From: Acidimicrobiia bacterium
GTDB lineage: Bacteria; Actinomycetota; Acidimicrobiia; IMCC26256; JAMXLJ01
Direction: 5' to 3'
Assembly (NCBI GenBank): GCA_036558745.1
Contig: DATBEZ010000006.1
Span: 5,526 to 69,525 of the forward strand
Length of the DNA stretch: 64,000 bases
Shown: piece after piece, positions 43,442 through 53,268 of the stretch
How the letters are laid out: each line of letters starts with the position of its first letter
How positions within the stretch are numbered: position 1 is the stretch's first letter
Notes under the pieces: model-generated
The model's input: only the letters and a program-made list of their open reading frames with translations
The model's database searches: none
What the model was told of the DNA's origin: nothing
Position numbers and translations under genes: made by a program

Positions 43442-44191
43442 TCAGGCGGACACGGCCGCGTCGACGGGGATGATGGCGCCGCTCACGTAGCGCGCCTCGT
43501 CGGAGCCGAGGAACGCGATGACGGCCGCGCAGTCGTCGGGCCTGCCCATCGCGCGGTACGGCATGATGCGCGTCAGCAGCGCCATCGACGCGCCCTCGGG
43601 GAACGCGAAGCTCTCGGTGATCGCAGTGTCGATGCCGCCCGGCGCGAGCGCGTTCACGCGCAGACCGGCCTCGGCGTACTCGACCGCGAGCGCCCGGGTG
43701 AACAAGGCCACGCCGCCCTTCGACGCGGAGTACGCCGCGCTGTACGGCTGGCCCTTGATGCCGGCCGTGGATGCGATGTTGACGATGCTGCCGCCCGTCT
43801 CGAGGAGCATCGGGATGCAGGCCCGGCTCATGAGGAACGTGCCGCTCAGGTTGATCGAGATGATGCGGTCCCACTCGGCCAGCGACAGCTCGTGGGTGTG
43901 GGCGAACCGTCCGACGCCGGCGATGTTGCACAGGACGAAGGGACGGCCGAGCTCCGCGACGATCGCCTCGACCGCGTGCGTGACCGCGGCTTCGTCGCTC
44001 ACGTCGCAGCTGAGCGCGCACGTCTTCGCGCCGGCGGCCGACGCGTCCGCCGCGGTCACGTCGTTGGCGGCGGTGACCACGTCGAGGCACGCCACCGCGG
44101 CGCCTTCCTCGGCCAGGCGCAACGCGGTCGCCCGGCCGATCCCGGAACCGGCACCGGTGACGATGGCGACCCGTCCGTCGTACCGACCCAC
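43442..44191 (-). CDS. SDR family oxidoreductase
   Basis: GTG 44191 is preceded by GGACAGGAG. GRVAIVTGAGSGIGRATA, YSASKGGV. Confidence 0.85.
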   Translation of the reverse strand: MGRYDGRVAIVTGAGSGIGRATALRLAEEGAAVACLDVVTAANDVTAADASAAGAKTCALSCDVSDEAAVTHAVEAIVAELGRPFVLCNIAGVGRFAHTHELSLAEWDRIISINLSGTFLMSRACIPMLLETGGSIVNIASTAGIKGQPYSAAYSASKGGVALFTRALAVEYAEAGLRVNALAPGGIDTAITESFAFPEGASMALLTRIMPYRAMGRPDDCAAVIAFLGSDEARYVSGAIIPVDAAVSA

Positions 44192-44420
44192 AGGCTGCTC
44201 CTGTCCTTCAGGGAACGGCAACCCTACGACGGCGCTCTGTGGCCGGGCCAGACCGCGCGCGCGGTCCGTCGGGCAGAATGGGCGCCGTGCCGATCGTGCT
44301 CCGCAAGGCCCAACGAGGGGGCCCGTGACGACTTCAGCGGCGAAGACCTCCACGGTGCTGACCTGCGCGGTGCCGACCTCCGGGCCGCGCATCTCGTCGG
44401 TGCGGGACTGACGACCGCGG

Positions 44421-45041
44421 TCACGACTGCGTACGGAGCGCGTCGATCACGCGCACGTAGTCGTCGACCTCGACCGCGCCCTGCACGAGCCGGCGACCGT
44501 CGATCACGACCGCGGGGACGGCGTAGATCCCGAGCTCGATCGCTTCGTGGTACTCGGCGAACACGGCGGCCTGCGCGTCCTGACCGTGATCGGTCAACGC
44601 GGCGTCGAACCCGGCCGGGTCGAGACCGATGTCGGCGGCGATCTCGACGAGCACCCGCCGATCGGAGACCGTGCGGTTCTCGACGAAGTACGCCTGGAAC
44701 ACGGCCCGCTCGTAGCGAGCGGCCGCGTCGGTCCCGAGCTGGCGCGCCACCCGGGCCGCGACGGCAGGTCCGACGCTGGAGGTCGGCGGCGCCGCGTCGC
44801 CGCTCCACACGTGGAAGCCGCACGCGGGCTCCATCGCCGCCGGCCGCCGCCACGACTCCGTGTAGCGGCGGAACTGGTCGAGGGTGCGAGCCTCCGGTTC
44901 GGGACGCAGGAGGAACGCCTTCCACTCGAGCGTGATGCCGTCACCGAGGCGCTCCTGCAACCGGTCGAGGCGCACGGCCGCGACGTAGCACCACGGTCAG
45001 AGGAAGTCGGACCACACGGTGAGGGCGACGGCCTTGGCCAT
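44421..45041 (-). CDS. DsbA/FrnE-family thiol oxidoreductase with in-frame TGA at the first active-site Cys position (selenocysteine candidate, or a Cys-to-stop pseudogene)
   Basis: ATG 45041 gives MAKAVALTVWSDFL-TGA(44999..44997)-PWCYVAAVRLDRLQERLGDGITLEWKAFLLRPEPE... This is continuous in frame with ORF 44421..44975. The track splits it into 44997..45281 and 44421..44975. Confidence 0.6.
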
Positions 45042-45090
45042 TGGGCCAGCATGGCAGCTGACCGCAGCGCGAGACATCCGGGAGAGCGAC

Positions 45091-45492
45091 GTGGACGAGC
45101 AGCATGCCGACGAGCAGAACCCGCCGCAGGGGGCCATCGCCCGCACGCTCGACGCGGTGCCCCGCGTGCTCGCGAGCAAGACGCACATCGCGTGGTTGTT
45201 CGTCTTGTTCGTGTGGATCGTGCTCCTGGCCGCGGTCGCACCGGACCTCGTGAGCGCACGCACCGAGCTCATCCTCGGCAACTACACGAACGTGACGAGC
45301 GCCATCGGCGCCTGCATCGCCGCCGGAGGCACCGTCACCGCGGTGCACCACCTGCGCCGTCAGTCACGCATCTCGGAGCAGCGCCTCAAGCTCGAGGAGG
45401 AGCGCCATGCCATGGCGACGCAGACCCACCAGCTGCTGCGCGAGCTGCACGCGTCCCAACTGGGCGGGACGACCGGCGCTCAGGACGCGTGA
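45091..45492 (+). CDS. hypothetical membrane protein
   Basis: In-frame GTG 45091 follows GGGAGAG. TM segment HIAWLFVLFVWIVLLAAVAP. The C-terminus is coiled-coil-like (RISEQRLKLEEERHAMATQTHQLLREL). Confidence 0.45.
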   Translation: MDEQHADEQNPPQGAIARTLDAVPRVLASKTHIAWLFVLFVWIVLLAAVAPDLVSARTELILGNYTNVTSAIGACIAAGGTVTAVHHLRRQSRISEQRLKLEEERHAMATQTHQLLRELHASQLGGTTGAQDA

Positions 45493-45512
45493 GCGTCCCG
45501 CACAGCGAGGCG

Positions 45513-46310
45513 CTACAAGCCCGTCATCGGGTAGGGGAACTTCGCGCCGACACCGCCGTCGACGACGAGGGTCTGGCCGGTGACGTACGCGGCGAGATCC
45601 GACGCGAGGAACAGGATCGCGGAGGCGATGTCTGCGGGGAGCGCGACCCGGCGCAGCGGCGCATTCTCGGTGTTCCGTGACCGTCCCTCGTCGCCGAGAT
45701 ACGCGGACACGCGCGGCGTCCACACCACACCGGGCGCGACGGCGTTGACCCGGATGCCCAGCGGACCGAGCTCGACCGCCCCGGAGCGCACGAGGGCCAT
45801 GAGCCCGGCCTTCGCCGCGCCGTAGGCGGCGTGGCGCGGCGCCGACGTGATGCCCGACACCGACGCGACGAACACCATTGCGCCACCGTCGCCGCGCATG
45901 ACGCGGCCGCCGAGCTGCATCGCGAGGTACGCGTGCCGCAGGACGATGTCGAAGTGCCAGTTCCAGTCGTCGTCGCTCACGTCGAGCAGGTCCGCGTAGC
46001 GGGCCATGCCGATGATGTCGACGAGGCCGTCGACCCGGCCGAACGCCGCCTGCGCGCTCCCGAACATGCTCTCGGCGTCGTCACGCTTGGTCGCGTCGCC
46101 CGACCACGCAATTCCGTCGACCTCCTTGGCGACATCGTCGGCGAGGTCGGCGTCGAGGTCGACGCAGAACGTCCTCGCTCCGGCGGACGCGAGCGCGTGC
46201 GTGGCCTGGCGGCCGATGCCCTGCCCGGCGCCGATCACCACGAAGTTGCGGCCGTCGAGGCGCAGCTTGCCCGGATAGTCGGGCACCTCGGTGTCGTCGG
46301 AACGTGTCAT
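45513..46310 (-). CDS. SDR family oxidoreductase
   Basis: FVVIGAGQGIGRQ, YGAAKAGL, PGVVWTP. Confidence 0.85.
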   Translation of the reverse strand: MTRSDDTEVPDYPGKLRLDGRNFVVIGAGQGIGRQATHALASAGARTFCVDLDADLADDVAKEVDGIAWSGDATKRDDAESMFGSAQAAFGRVDGLVDIIGMARYADLLDVSDDDWNWHFDIVLRHAYLAMQLGGRVMRGDGGAMVFVASVSGITSAPRHAAYGAAKAGLMALVRSGAVELGPLGIRVNAVAPGVVWTPRVSAYLGDEGRSRNTENAPLRRVALPADIASAILFLASDLAAYVTGQTLVVDGGVGAKFPYPMTGL

Positions 46311-46325
46311 CGCTTCCTCCCGCGC

Positions 46326-47252
46326 CTACTTCACCGCGACGGGTTGCACGGGTGCGCCCACCGCGTTGGTGAACGGCAGGGGTGACGCGTCGAGGAAGCA
46401 GGTGTAACGACCGTCGTCGGCGCAGTCGGCCGCCAGGGCTTCGAAGTTCCAGTTCTGGCCCTGCGTCATCCCCATGTCGACCAGGTGCAGGAGGTGCACC
46501 GGAAGGAGCGCGTCGTCGCGCTCGCACGGGAACACCTCGAACGTGACGTTGTCGGTCGCGACCGCGGCGACGTCGTGGTCACGGAACCACTGCACGGTCT
46601 GCAGCGACGGACCCGGCGCGGGCGCGCCGTACCCCATCTTGTCGCCGGCGAGGAACAGCTGGATCTGACCGGTGCGGAGCAGGATCACGTCGCCGGGTCG
46701 GACCTCCATGTCGCCGAGCGCGGCCGCGGCGTCGAGATCGTCGGCAGTGATCGCGTAGCCGCCGTCGAGCCGCTCCACACCCTTGGCGCGGGGAACGTCG
46801 AGCAGCACACCGCGCGACACGAGCGTTGTGATGTTGTGGATCCCGAGCTGCAGCGCACCGAGCTCGGTGATGGTCGACGCCGGGACACCGTTGTAGAGGT
46901 TGCCCTCGTAACTGACGTGGCCGAGCCCGTCCCAGTGCGTGCACGCTTGGATGCCCATGTGCACGGTGTCGTCGCTCGTGCAGAAGTCCGACGGGTCGCC
47001 GGTCATCGACGCGTTGATGGCGAGCATCGTGCGCAGCGGATTGGTACGTCCCGGGATGATCCCCGTCTGGGGTCCGTTCTGGTCGAGCGGGATGCCGAGC
47101 CCGAACCGCTTGCCGGTCTGCACGTTCGCCGCCGCCTCGCGCACGACGTCGTCGGTGATCAGGTTGACCGTGCCGATCCGGTCGTCGCCGCCCCAGCGAC
47201 CCCAGTTGCGGACCTTCGCCGCCAGCTCCTTCACTTCGTCAGGCAGAGCCAC
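46326..47252 (-). CDS. cyclase-family protein (PF04199)
   Basis: NWGRWGGDDRIGTVNLIT...THWDGLGH...GDVILLRTGQ. Paralog of 23256..24167. Confidence 0.8.
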   Translation of the reverse strand: MALPDEVKELAAKVRNWGRWGGDDRIGTVNLITDDVVREAAANVQTGKRFGLGIPLDQNGPQTGIIPGRTNPLRTMLAINASMTGDPSDFCTSDDTVHMGIQACTHWDGLGHVSYEGNLYNGVPASTITELGALQLGIHNITTLVSRGVLLDVPRAKGVERLDGGYAITADDLDAAAALGDMEVRPGDVILLRTGQIQLFLAGDKMGYGAPAPGPSLQTVQWFRDHDVAAVATDNVTFEVFPCERDDALLPVHLLHLVDMGMTQGQNWNFEALAADCADDGRYTCFLDASPLPFTNAVGAPVQPVAVK

Positions 47253-47362
47253 GGTTCAGCCTCCCGCGGTCGAGCTGTCAGTCCGCCGTGCCGCTGCGGT
47301 CGATCGCGTCCCCCGGCGTGCGAGCTGTTGGCAGGTGAGCGGCGAGCTCGCGAGCGCGACCA

Positions 47363-48469
47363 TCAAATCGTGAGCACGCCGCGTGCGAGCTTGCCGTCGT
47401 GCAGGTCGTGCACCGCGCGCTCCCAGTCCTCGATCGGGTACTTCGCGGTGACGAGCTCGTCGAGCTTGAAGGTCCCCTTGCGGTACATGTCGATGATGAG
47501 GGCGACGTCGTGGTGGGGCCTGTGCGACCCGGCGCGACAGCCCATGACGCCCCGCTCGACGTGGGTCATGTGCGTGACCCGCGCGGTGAACTCGGCCGTC
47601 GGTGCGGGCACGCCGACGATCACGACGTTGCCGCCCCAGTCGAGCATGTCGAGGCCCTGACGGATCGTCGCCGGTGCGCCGACGCAGTCGAACACCCAGT
47701 CGGTGCCGCCGGCCTCGAACGGCCCGGTGACCGCTTCGTCGCTGAACGGCAGCAGCGTGCGCACCTCGGCGACGGTGTCGACTCCGGGACCGGCGAGGAC
47801 GAAGTCGGTCGCGCCGAACTCGCGCGCCCACTGCTCCTTCTCGGGGAGCGTGTCGACCGCGATGATCCGGCTCGCACCGGCGATCTTCGCGGCCTGGATC
47901 GAGTTCAGACCCACACCGCCGACCCCGAACACGACCGCGGTCTGTCCCCGTTGCAGGTCGGCGCGGTTCCACACCGCGCCGGCGCCCGTGAGCACGCCGC
48001 AGCCGACGAGCGCGGCCGACTCGAGCGGCACGTCGTCGGGGATCTTCACGCACTGCTTGCCCTCGACCACGCTGTACTCGGTGAAGAACGACGCGGCCGC
48101 GAAGTTCCACGCGGGCTCGCCGTCGAGGGTGAACGGCTGGGTTCGGTTGCCCATGCTCGAACGGCAGTACGCGGGCCGGCCGGTGATGCAGAACCGGCAC
48201 ACACCGCAGTAGGCCAGCGTGTGCAGCACGACGTGGTCGCCCGGCTTCACGTTCGTCACCGCGTCGCCGACCTCGGCGACGATGCCCGCGCCCTCGTGGC
48301 CGAGCACCGACGGCGCGGGCCACGGGATCGTCCCGTCGATGACGCTGAGGTCGCTGTGACACAGCCCGGCCGCCACGATCTGGACCTTGACCTCGGTCGG
48401 GCCGGGCGCGCGAACCTCGATGCCCTCGAGCAGCTCCGCCTTCTCCCCCGTGTAGACGAGGCCCTTCAT
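47363..48469 (-). CDS. zinc-dependent alcohol dehydrogenase (MDR, class III-like)
   Basis: [24 protein letters not shown], structural-zinc cluster [15 protein letters not shown] and GVGGVG. Confidence 0.9.
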   Translation of the reverse strand: MKGLVYTGEKAELLEGIEVRAPGPTEVKVQIVAAGLCHSDLSVIDGTIPWPAPSVLGHEGAGIVAEVGDAVTNVKPGDHVVLHTLAYCGVCRFCITGRPAYCRSSMGNRTQPFTLDGEPAWNFAAASFFTEYSVVEGKQCVKIPDDVPLESAALVGCGVLTGAGAVWNRADLQRGQTAVVFGVGGVGLNSIQAAKIAGASRIIAVDTLPEKEQWAREFGATDFVLAGPGVDTVAEVRTLLPFSDEAVTGPFEAGGTDWVFDCVGAPATIRQGLDMLDWGGNVVIVGVPAPTAEFTARVTHMTHVERGVMGCRAGSHRPHHDVALIIDMYRKGTFKLDELVTAKYPIEDWERAVHDLHDGKLARGVLTI

Positions 48470-48524
48470 CGCTTCCCCCTATGTGCCGCCGATCGCGCTG
48501 GCAAGCTCGCCGCTCCCGGCGTGC

Positions 48525-50000
48525 TCAGGCCGGCCAGATGATGCTCTGCAGCTCCGTGTACGCGTGCATGCCGAAGTCGCCGCCGTCGCGACCGATGCCG
48601 CTCATCTTGAACCCGCCGAACGGCGCCTCGTGATGGCGTTGGGCGGTGTTGACGCCGACGTGTCCGCAGCGAAGCTCCTTGGCGACCCGGAACGCCCTGG
48701 TGGTGTCGGACGAGTACACGTAGTCGTAGAGACCGAAGTCGCTGTCATTGGCGATCGCGATGCCTTCCTCCTCGGTGTCGAAGGGCACCGCGACGATCAC
48801 CGGTCCGAAGATCTCCTCGCGCACCGACGTCATCTCGTTGTGGCAGCCGGCGATGAGCGTCGGGCCGACGTAGTAGCCCTTGTCGACGCCGGAGGGGTTC
48901 GTCCCGTCGACGACGAGCTCGCCGCCCTCCTCCTTGCCGAGGTTGATGTAGTGCTCGACGCGCGAACGGTGCGCACCGGTGATGAGCGGTCCGACCACCG
49001 TGTCGGCCCGCATCGGGTCGCCGACCTTCAGCGACGGCGCCGCGGCGGCGAGCGCCTCGACCAGCTGGTCGTAGATACCGCGCTGCACGACCGCGCGCGT
49101 CGGCGCGGTGCAGATCTGACCGGAGTGGAAGCCCCACACGCTCACGAGCGCGGTGACGGCGGCCTTGATGTCGGCGTCGTCGAAGACGACGCACGCACCC
49201 TTTCCGCCGAGCTCCATGAGGAGACGCTTCATCGTCCTCGCGCCGGCCTCGTAGATCTTCACACCGACCGCGGTGCTGCCGGTGAACGAGATCATGTCGA
49301 TGTCGCGCGCGTCGACCATCGCGGCACCGACCTCCGGACGGGACCCCGTCACGACGTTGACGACACCCTTCGGGAAGCCGACCTCCTCGCACAGCGCGGC
49401 GAACTCGATGATCGTCAGGGGATCCTGCGGCGCGGGCTTCATCACGATGGTGTTGCCCGTCGCGAGCGCAGGCGCGACCTTCCCCGCCATGTTGACGAGC
49501 GGGAAGTTGTAGGACGTGATGCACCCGACGACGCCGACGGGCTGGCGGTACGCGGCCGCGTTCATGAGCGCGCCGGGCGCGAGCGGTGTCGCGGGCATGA
49601 CCGACGGTTGGAACGCGATGTCGATGTTGGTGACCGCACCCTTGGCGTAGCGCTCGAAGCGCGCCGCGGCCTGGGGCACCTGGAGCTGCGACCCGACGGA
49701 GAGGGTCGCGCCCGTCTCCGCGATCACGAGCGGGAGGAGGTCCTGCATGCGCTCGCGCAGCTTGTCGGCCAGGGCCTGCAACAGCCGGGCCCGCTCCTCC
49801 GGTGGCGTGTGCGACCAGGCAGGGAACGCGGCCTTGGCCGCGGCGGCGGCCGCGCGCACGTCGTCCACCGACGCCTCGGGTGCCGGTGCGACGAGGGCCT
49901 CCGTGGCCGGGTTCACGATGTCGTAGGTGCCGGCCGAGCCGTCGACCCATTCCCCTCCGATGAGCAGCCGGTACTGCTTGTCGGTGAGCGTGGCGGACAT
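48525..50000 (-). CDS. NAD(P)-dependent aldehyde dehydrogenase
   Basis: Internal ATG 50000 follows GGAGG. MSATLTDKQYRLLIGGEWVD, FTGSTAVG, ELGGKGA and catalytic-Cys region HSGQICTAPTR. Confidence 0.9.
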   Translation of the reverse strand: MSATLTDKQYRLLIGGEWVDGSAGTYDIVNPATEALVAPAPEASVDDVRAAAAAAKAAFPAWSHTPPEERARLLQALADKLRERMQDLLPLVIAETGATLSVGSQLQVPQAAARFERYAKGAVTNIDIAFQPSVMPATPLAPGALMNAAAYRQPVGVVGCITSYNFPLVNMAGKVAPALATGNTIVMKPAPQDPLTIIEFAALCEEVGFPKGVVNVVTGSRPEVGAAMVDARDIDMISFTGSTAVGVKIYEAGARTMKRLLMELGGKGACVVFDDADIKAAVTALVSVWGFHSGQICTAPTRAVVQRGIYDQLVEALAAAAPSLKVGDPMRADTVVGPLITGAHRSRVEHYINLGKEEGGELVVDGTNPSGVDKGYYVGPTLIAGCHNEMTSVREEIFGPVIVAVPFDTEEEGIAIANDSDFGLYDYVYSSDTTRAFRVAKELRCGHVGVNTAQRHHEAPFGGFKMSGIGRDGGDFGMHAYTELQSIIWPA

Positions 50001-50109
50001 CGGCGTGCCTCCAGAGGCGGAATCTGATGGAGCGTCAGCGCACTGTAACGCGTTGCACTCTCGGCGGACCCGGCGGCATCGCGCCCCCGCACGGCGGTCG
50101 CCGCGACCG

Positions 50110-50445
50110 TCAGCGGGCGCGGCGTGTGCGGGACGCGGCGAGCGCGGCCAGGCCCGCCGCGACGAGCACGACGCCCAGGTCCAGGACGTGCGCGGGCGAT
50201 CCACCCGTGAGCGGCAGCGTGTCGGACGCGCCGCGCTCGGCGGGCGCGGCGAGGCTCGCGCCCTGCACATCGACGCCGCCGGTCCCCGACCCGCCGACCG
50301 CGCCGGAAGGTGACGTCGCCGTCACGGGCGGCCCCGGCGGCGGCGCGCCGGGTGTCGTCGTGTCGCCCAGCACGCCCGTCGGCGACCCGGCGACGAAGCC
50401 GATGGGCGCGGTGAACAGGTCGTGACCATCCCATGCCGCGTACAC
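50110..50445 (-). CDS. orphan C-terminal LPXTG sorting-signal ORF (probable remnant of a surface protein)
   Basis: It ends ...DTLPLTGGSPAHVLDLGVVLVAAGLAALAASRTRRAR, i.e. LPLTG plus a hydrophobic helix plus a basic tail. No signal peptide at the N-terminus. Third-position GC is coding-like. Confidence 0.35.
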   Translation of the reverse strand: MYAAWDGHDLFTAPIGFVAGSPTGVLGDTTTPGAPPPGPPVTATSPSGAVGGSGTGGVDVQGASLAAPAERGASDTLPLTGGSPAHVLDLGVVLVAAGLAALAASRTRRAR

Positions 50446-50450
50446 CGAAC

Positions 50451-52004
50451 CTATGAGCCGTTCGGCCCATCCGTTCCGACCAGGCGTCGACGCACGTCGT
50501 CACGCAGGTCGCCCTTCGCGATCTTTCCGCCCGACGAGCGCGGCAGCTCGTCCACGACGACCAGGTACTCCGGCCACGACTCCTTCCCCACGCCGCGCGC
50601 GGCCAGGTGCTCGCGCAGCTCGTCGAGGGTCGGCGCTGCAACGCCGGCGTGCACCTCGACGTAGACGCAGACCCGTTCGCCGAACACGTCGTCGGGTGCG
50701 GCGACCGCGGCCGCGATCGCGATCGACGGGTAGGACGCGACCTCGTCCTCGACGACCGCGGCGCTGATGTTCTTACCGCCGCGGATGATGAAGTCGGACG
50801 CGCGTCCCGCGACCATGAGGTAGCCGTCGTCGTCGATCGTGCACACGTCGCCGGTGAGCATCCACCCGTCAGCGGTGGAGAGCGCTGCGTTCGCCTCGTC
50901 GTCGTCCAAATAGCCGTAGCAGGTCGCCGGTCCACGACAGCCGGCGACGCCCGGACCTCCGGACGCCGTCAGGTCAGAACCGTCGTCGCCGAAGAGACGG
51001 ACGTGCATCTCCGGGATGATGCGCCCCGCGGTGCGGAGGCGGCGGTCCCGCGAATCGTCCACGGTCGTCGCGCTGAGCGCGCCCGTCTCGTTCGACCCGT
51101 AGAACTGCAGCACCGCGCAGCCGGTGCGGTTTTCGAACTCGGCTGCTCGCTCGTAAGGAACCATCTCGCCGCCCGTGAACATCACCCGCAGCGACGACGT
51201 GTCGGTCGTCGCGAAGGCGGGCGTGTTGAGCAGCATGACGAACTGCGTCGAGACGCACGCGATCACCGACACCCGCTCGCGCTCGATCAGGTCCAGGCAT
51301 CCTTCCGGCGTGAACCGGCTCATGAGCACGCACGGACTGCCCAGCAGCGTGGGCGTGAAGTGCGCGGTCCAGAGCCCGAAGCCGAACGGGGCCGGGATCA
51401 CGCTCATGAACACGTCGTCGGGACCGAGGCGACCGTTCGTAACCGCGAGGCGGTGGAAGAAGCACCAGCGTGCCTGGGCGTGCACGACGACCTTGGGCAG
51501 GCCGGTCGTGCCCGACGTCGAGTTCACGAGGAAGACGTCGGTCGCGCCGACCGGCTCGCGATCCGGCGCCTTACCCGGCGGCGCCGCGTCGAGGTCGACG
51601 ACGGGGATACCGAGGCGCGCGGCCACGTCGCCACGCTGCGGCGTGGTCACCAACGCGACCGCGTGGGCCTTCCTGAGGACGTGCTCGGCTTCGCGGTCGC
51701 CGGCACGCGGACCGATGCCCACCACGACGAGTCCCGCCTTCTCGAGCGCGACGAACACCACGTGCACGAGCGGACCGTCGGGCAGGAGCACGCCCACGCG
51801 TGACCCGGGCGCGAACCGCGCGAACAGGCCGGCCAACGCGTCGGACCGGGCGTTGTAGTCGGCCCACGTCAGGCGCCCGTCTCCCTCGACGAACGCGGTT
51901 GCGTCGGGCCGCTCGCGCGCGTGGCGGGCGACGGTCGCCGCGATCGTCGTGTCGTCCCAGTACCCCGCGGCGCGGAACTCCGCGGCCAGCGCGTCGAAGG
52001 GCAC
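50451..52004 (-). CDS. acyl-CoA synthetase / AMP-dependent ligase
   Basis: NSTSGTTGLPKVVVH, YGSNETG, GDVCTIDDDGYLMVAGR and IRGGKNISAAVVE...SSGGKIAK. Confidence 0.85.
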   Translation of the reverse strand: MPFDALAAEFRAAGYWDDTTIAATVARHARERPDATAFVEGDGRLTWADYNARSDALAGLFARFAPGSRVGVLLPDGPLVHVVFVALEKAGLVVVGIGPRAGDREAEHVLRKAHAVALVTTPQRGDVAARLGIPVVDLDAAPPGKAPDREPVGATDVFLVNSTSGTTGLPKVVVHAQARWCFFHRLAVTNGRLGPDDVFMSVIPAPFGFGLWTAHFTPTLLGSPCVLMSRFTPEGCLDLIERERVSVIACVSTQFVMLLNTPAFATTDTSSLRVMFTGGEMVPYERAAEFENRTGCAVLQFYGSNETGALSATTVDDSRDRRLRTAGRIIPEMHVRLFGDDGSDLTASGGPGVAGCRGPATCYGYLDDDEANAALSTADGWMLTGDVCTIDDDGYLMVAGRASDFIIRGGKNISAAVVEDEVASYPSIAIAAAVAAPDDVFGERVCVYVEVHAGVAAPTLDELREHLAARGVGKESWPEYLVVVDELPRSSGGKIAKGDLRDDVRRRLVGTDGPNGS

Positions 52005-52007
52005 CGG

Positions 52008-53261
52008 CTAGGGCATCCGGAGCTGGTCGGGCACCGGATGACGGAACAGGCGCGCCGCGTTCTCCCAGCAGATGGCGCGCACCTCGTCGGCGGGGAAGCC
52101 GCGCATGTGCGCGTGCAGCTGGGCCTGGGTGTCGGGCCAGCTCGAGTCCGCGTGGGGATAGTCCGACTCCACCAAGATGTTCTCGACGCCGATGCGGTGA
52201 CGGGTCTGCAGGCCCGACTCGTCGTCGATCGCACAGAACCAGAAGTTGCGCTGCAGCACCTCGGCCGGCGAGAGGTCGACGTCGCGCCACGTCGGCAGGT
52301 AGCCGAGCTGATAGCGGTAGCAGTGGTCGAGCCGGTCGAGGAGACCCGCGACCCAGCCCACCCCGCCCTCCGACAAGCAGATGCGCAGGTCGGGGAAGCG
52401 CACCGCGACCTTCGAGTAGAGCCAGTCGACCGCGGCGTACATCGCGTACGCGAAGAACAGCACCGCGACCGTGTCGGGCGGCGCGTCGTCGGCCGTCGCG
52501 GGCGACGAGCCCGACGACCCGACGTGCAGGCACACGACGGTTCCCGTCTCCGCGCACGCGGCGAGGAACGGGTCCCAGTAGCCGGTGTGCAGCGAGGGCA
52601 GGTCGAGCTTGTCCGGCGCCTCCGAGAACGTGACCGCGGTGAACCCGCGCTCCGCGTTGCGGCGTATCTCGTCGGCCGCGACGACCGGGTCGCGCAGGTA
52701 CGGGATCTGGTTCGCGATGAACCGGTCGGGATGCGCGCCCGCCCACGCCTCGAGGTGCCAGTCGTTGTACGCGCGCATGGCCGCGAGCGCGAGCTCGTCG
52801 TCACCCGGCCACATCGTCAGACGTTGCCCGACGAACCCGGGAAGGAACGACGGGAAGCACAACGACGCGTACACGCCGTTGACGTCCATGTCGTGCACGC
52901 GCGCGTCGACGTCCCAGGCACCGCGGCGCATCTCGTCGAAGCGTGTGGGCTCGAAGCCGTACTCGCTCGACGGCCGGCCCGCGACCGCGTTGAAGCCCAC
53001 GTTGGGCAGCACCTCGCCCTGCCAGACCCACGCCTCGCCACCGTCGTCGGTCTCGATGACGCGCGGTGCGTCGTCGGCGAAACGTCGCGGAAAGCGTCCC
53101 TCGAACGCGTCCGGCGGCTCGACCACGTGGTCGTCCACGCTGATGATCGTGGCGAACCGCTCACGGGGCTCGGGCTCGGGCAGGAACGTGACCTGGCCAC
53201 GCCGGGCCTTCGAGCCGCCGAACGCCTCGGAGCGCTGCAGGTCGTCGATCGACATGCTCAT
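52008..53261 (-). CDS. amidohydrolase_2 family (ACMSD/LigW-type metal-dependent hydrolase/decarboxylase)
   Basis: IISVDDHVVEPPDAFEGRFP...VNGVYASLCFPSF...CLHVGSS...ESDYPHADSSWP. Paralog of 56119..57333. Confidence 0.85.
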   Translation of the reverse strand: MSMSIDDLQRSEAFGGSKARRGQVTFLPEPEPRERFATIISVDDHVVEPPDAFEGRFPRRFADDAPRVIETDDGGEAWVWQGEVLPNVGFNAVAGRPSSEYGFEPTRFDEMRRGAWDVDARVHDMDVNGVYASLCFPSFLPGFVGQRLTMWPGDDELALAAMRAYNDWHLEAWAGAHPDRFIANQIPYLRDPVVAADEIRRNAERGFTAVTFSEAPDKLDLPSLHTGYWDPFLAACAETGTVVCLHVGSSGSSPATADDAPPDTVAVLFFAYAMYAAVDWLYSKVAVRFPDLRICLSEGGVGWVAGLLDRLDHCYRYQLGYLPTWRDVDLSPAEVLQRNFWFCAIDDESGLQTRHRIGVENILVESDYPHADSSWPDTQAQLHAHMRGFPADEVRAICWENAARLFRHPVPDQLRMP

Positions 53262-53268
53262 GACAGCC

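Noticed and set aside
44318-44420. Pentapeptide-repeat-like translation (FSGEDLHGADLRGADLRAAHLVGAGL) on the plus strand in the SDR-DsbA spacer
   Set aside because: There are only about five repeats and no plausible start. The frame runs on antisense into the DsbA gene without a stop. It could be a relic, but it is too short to call.
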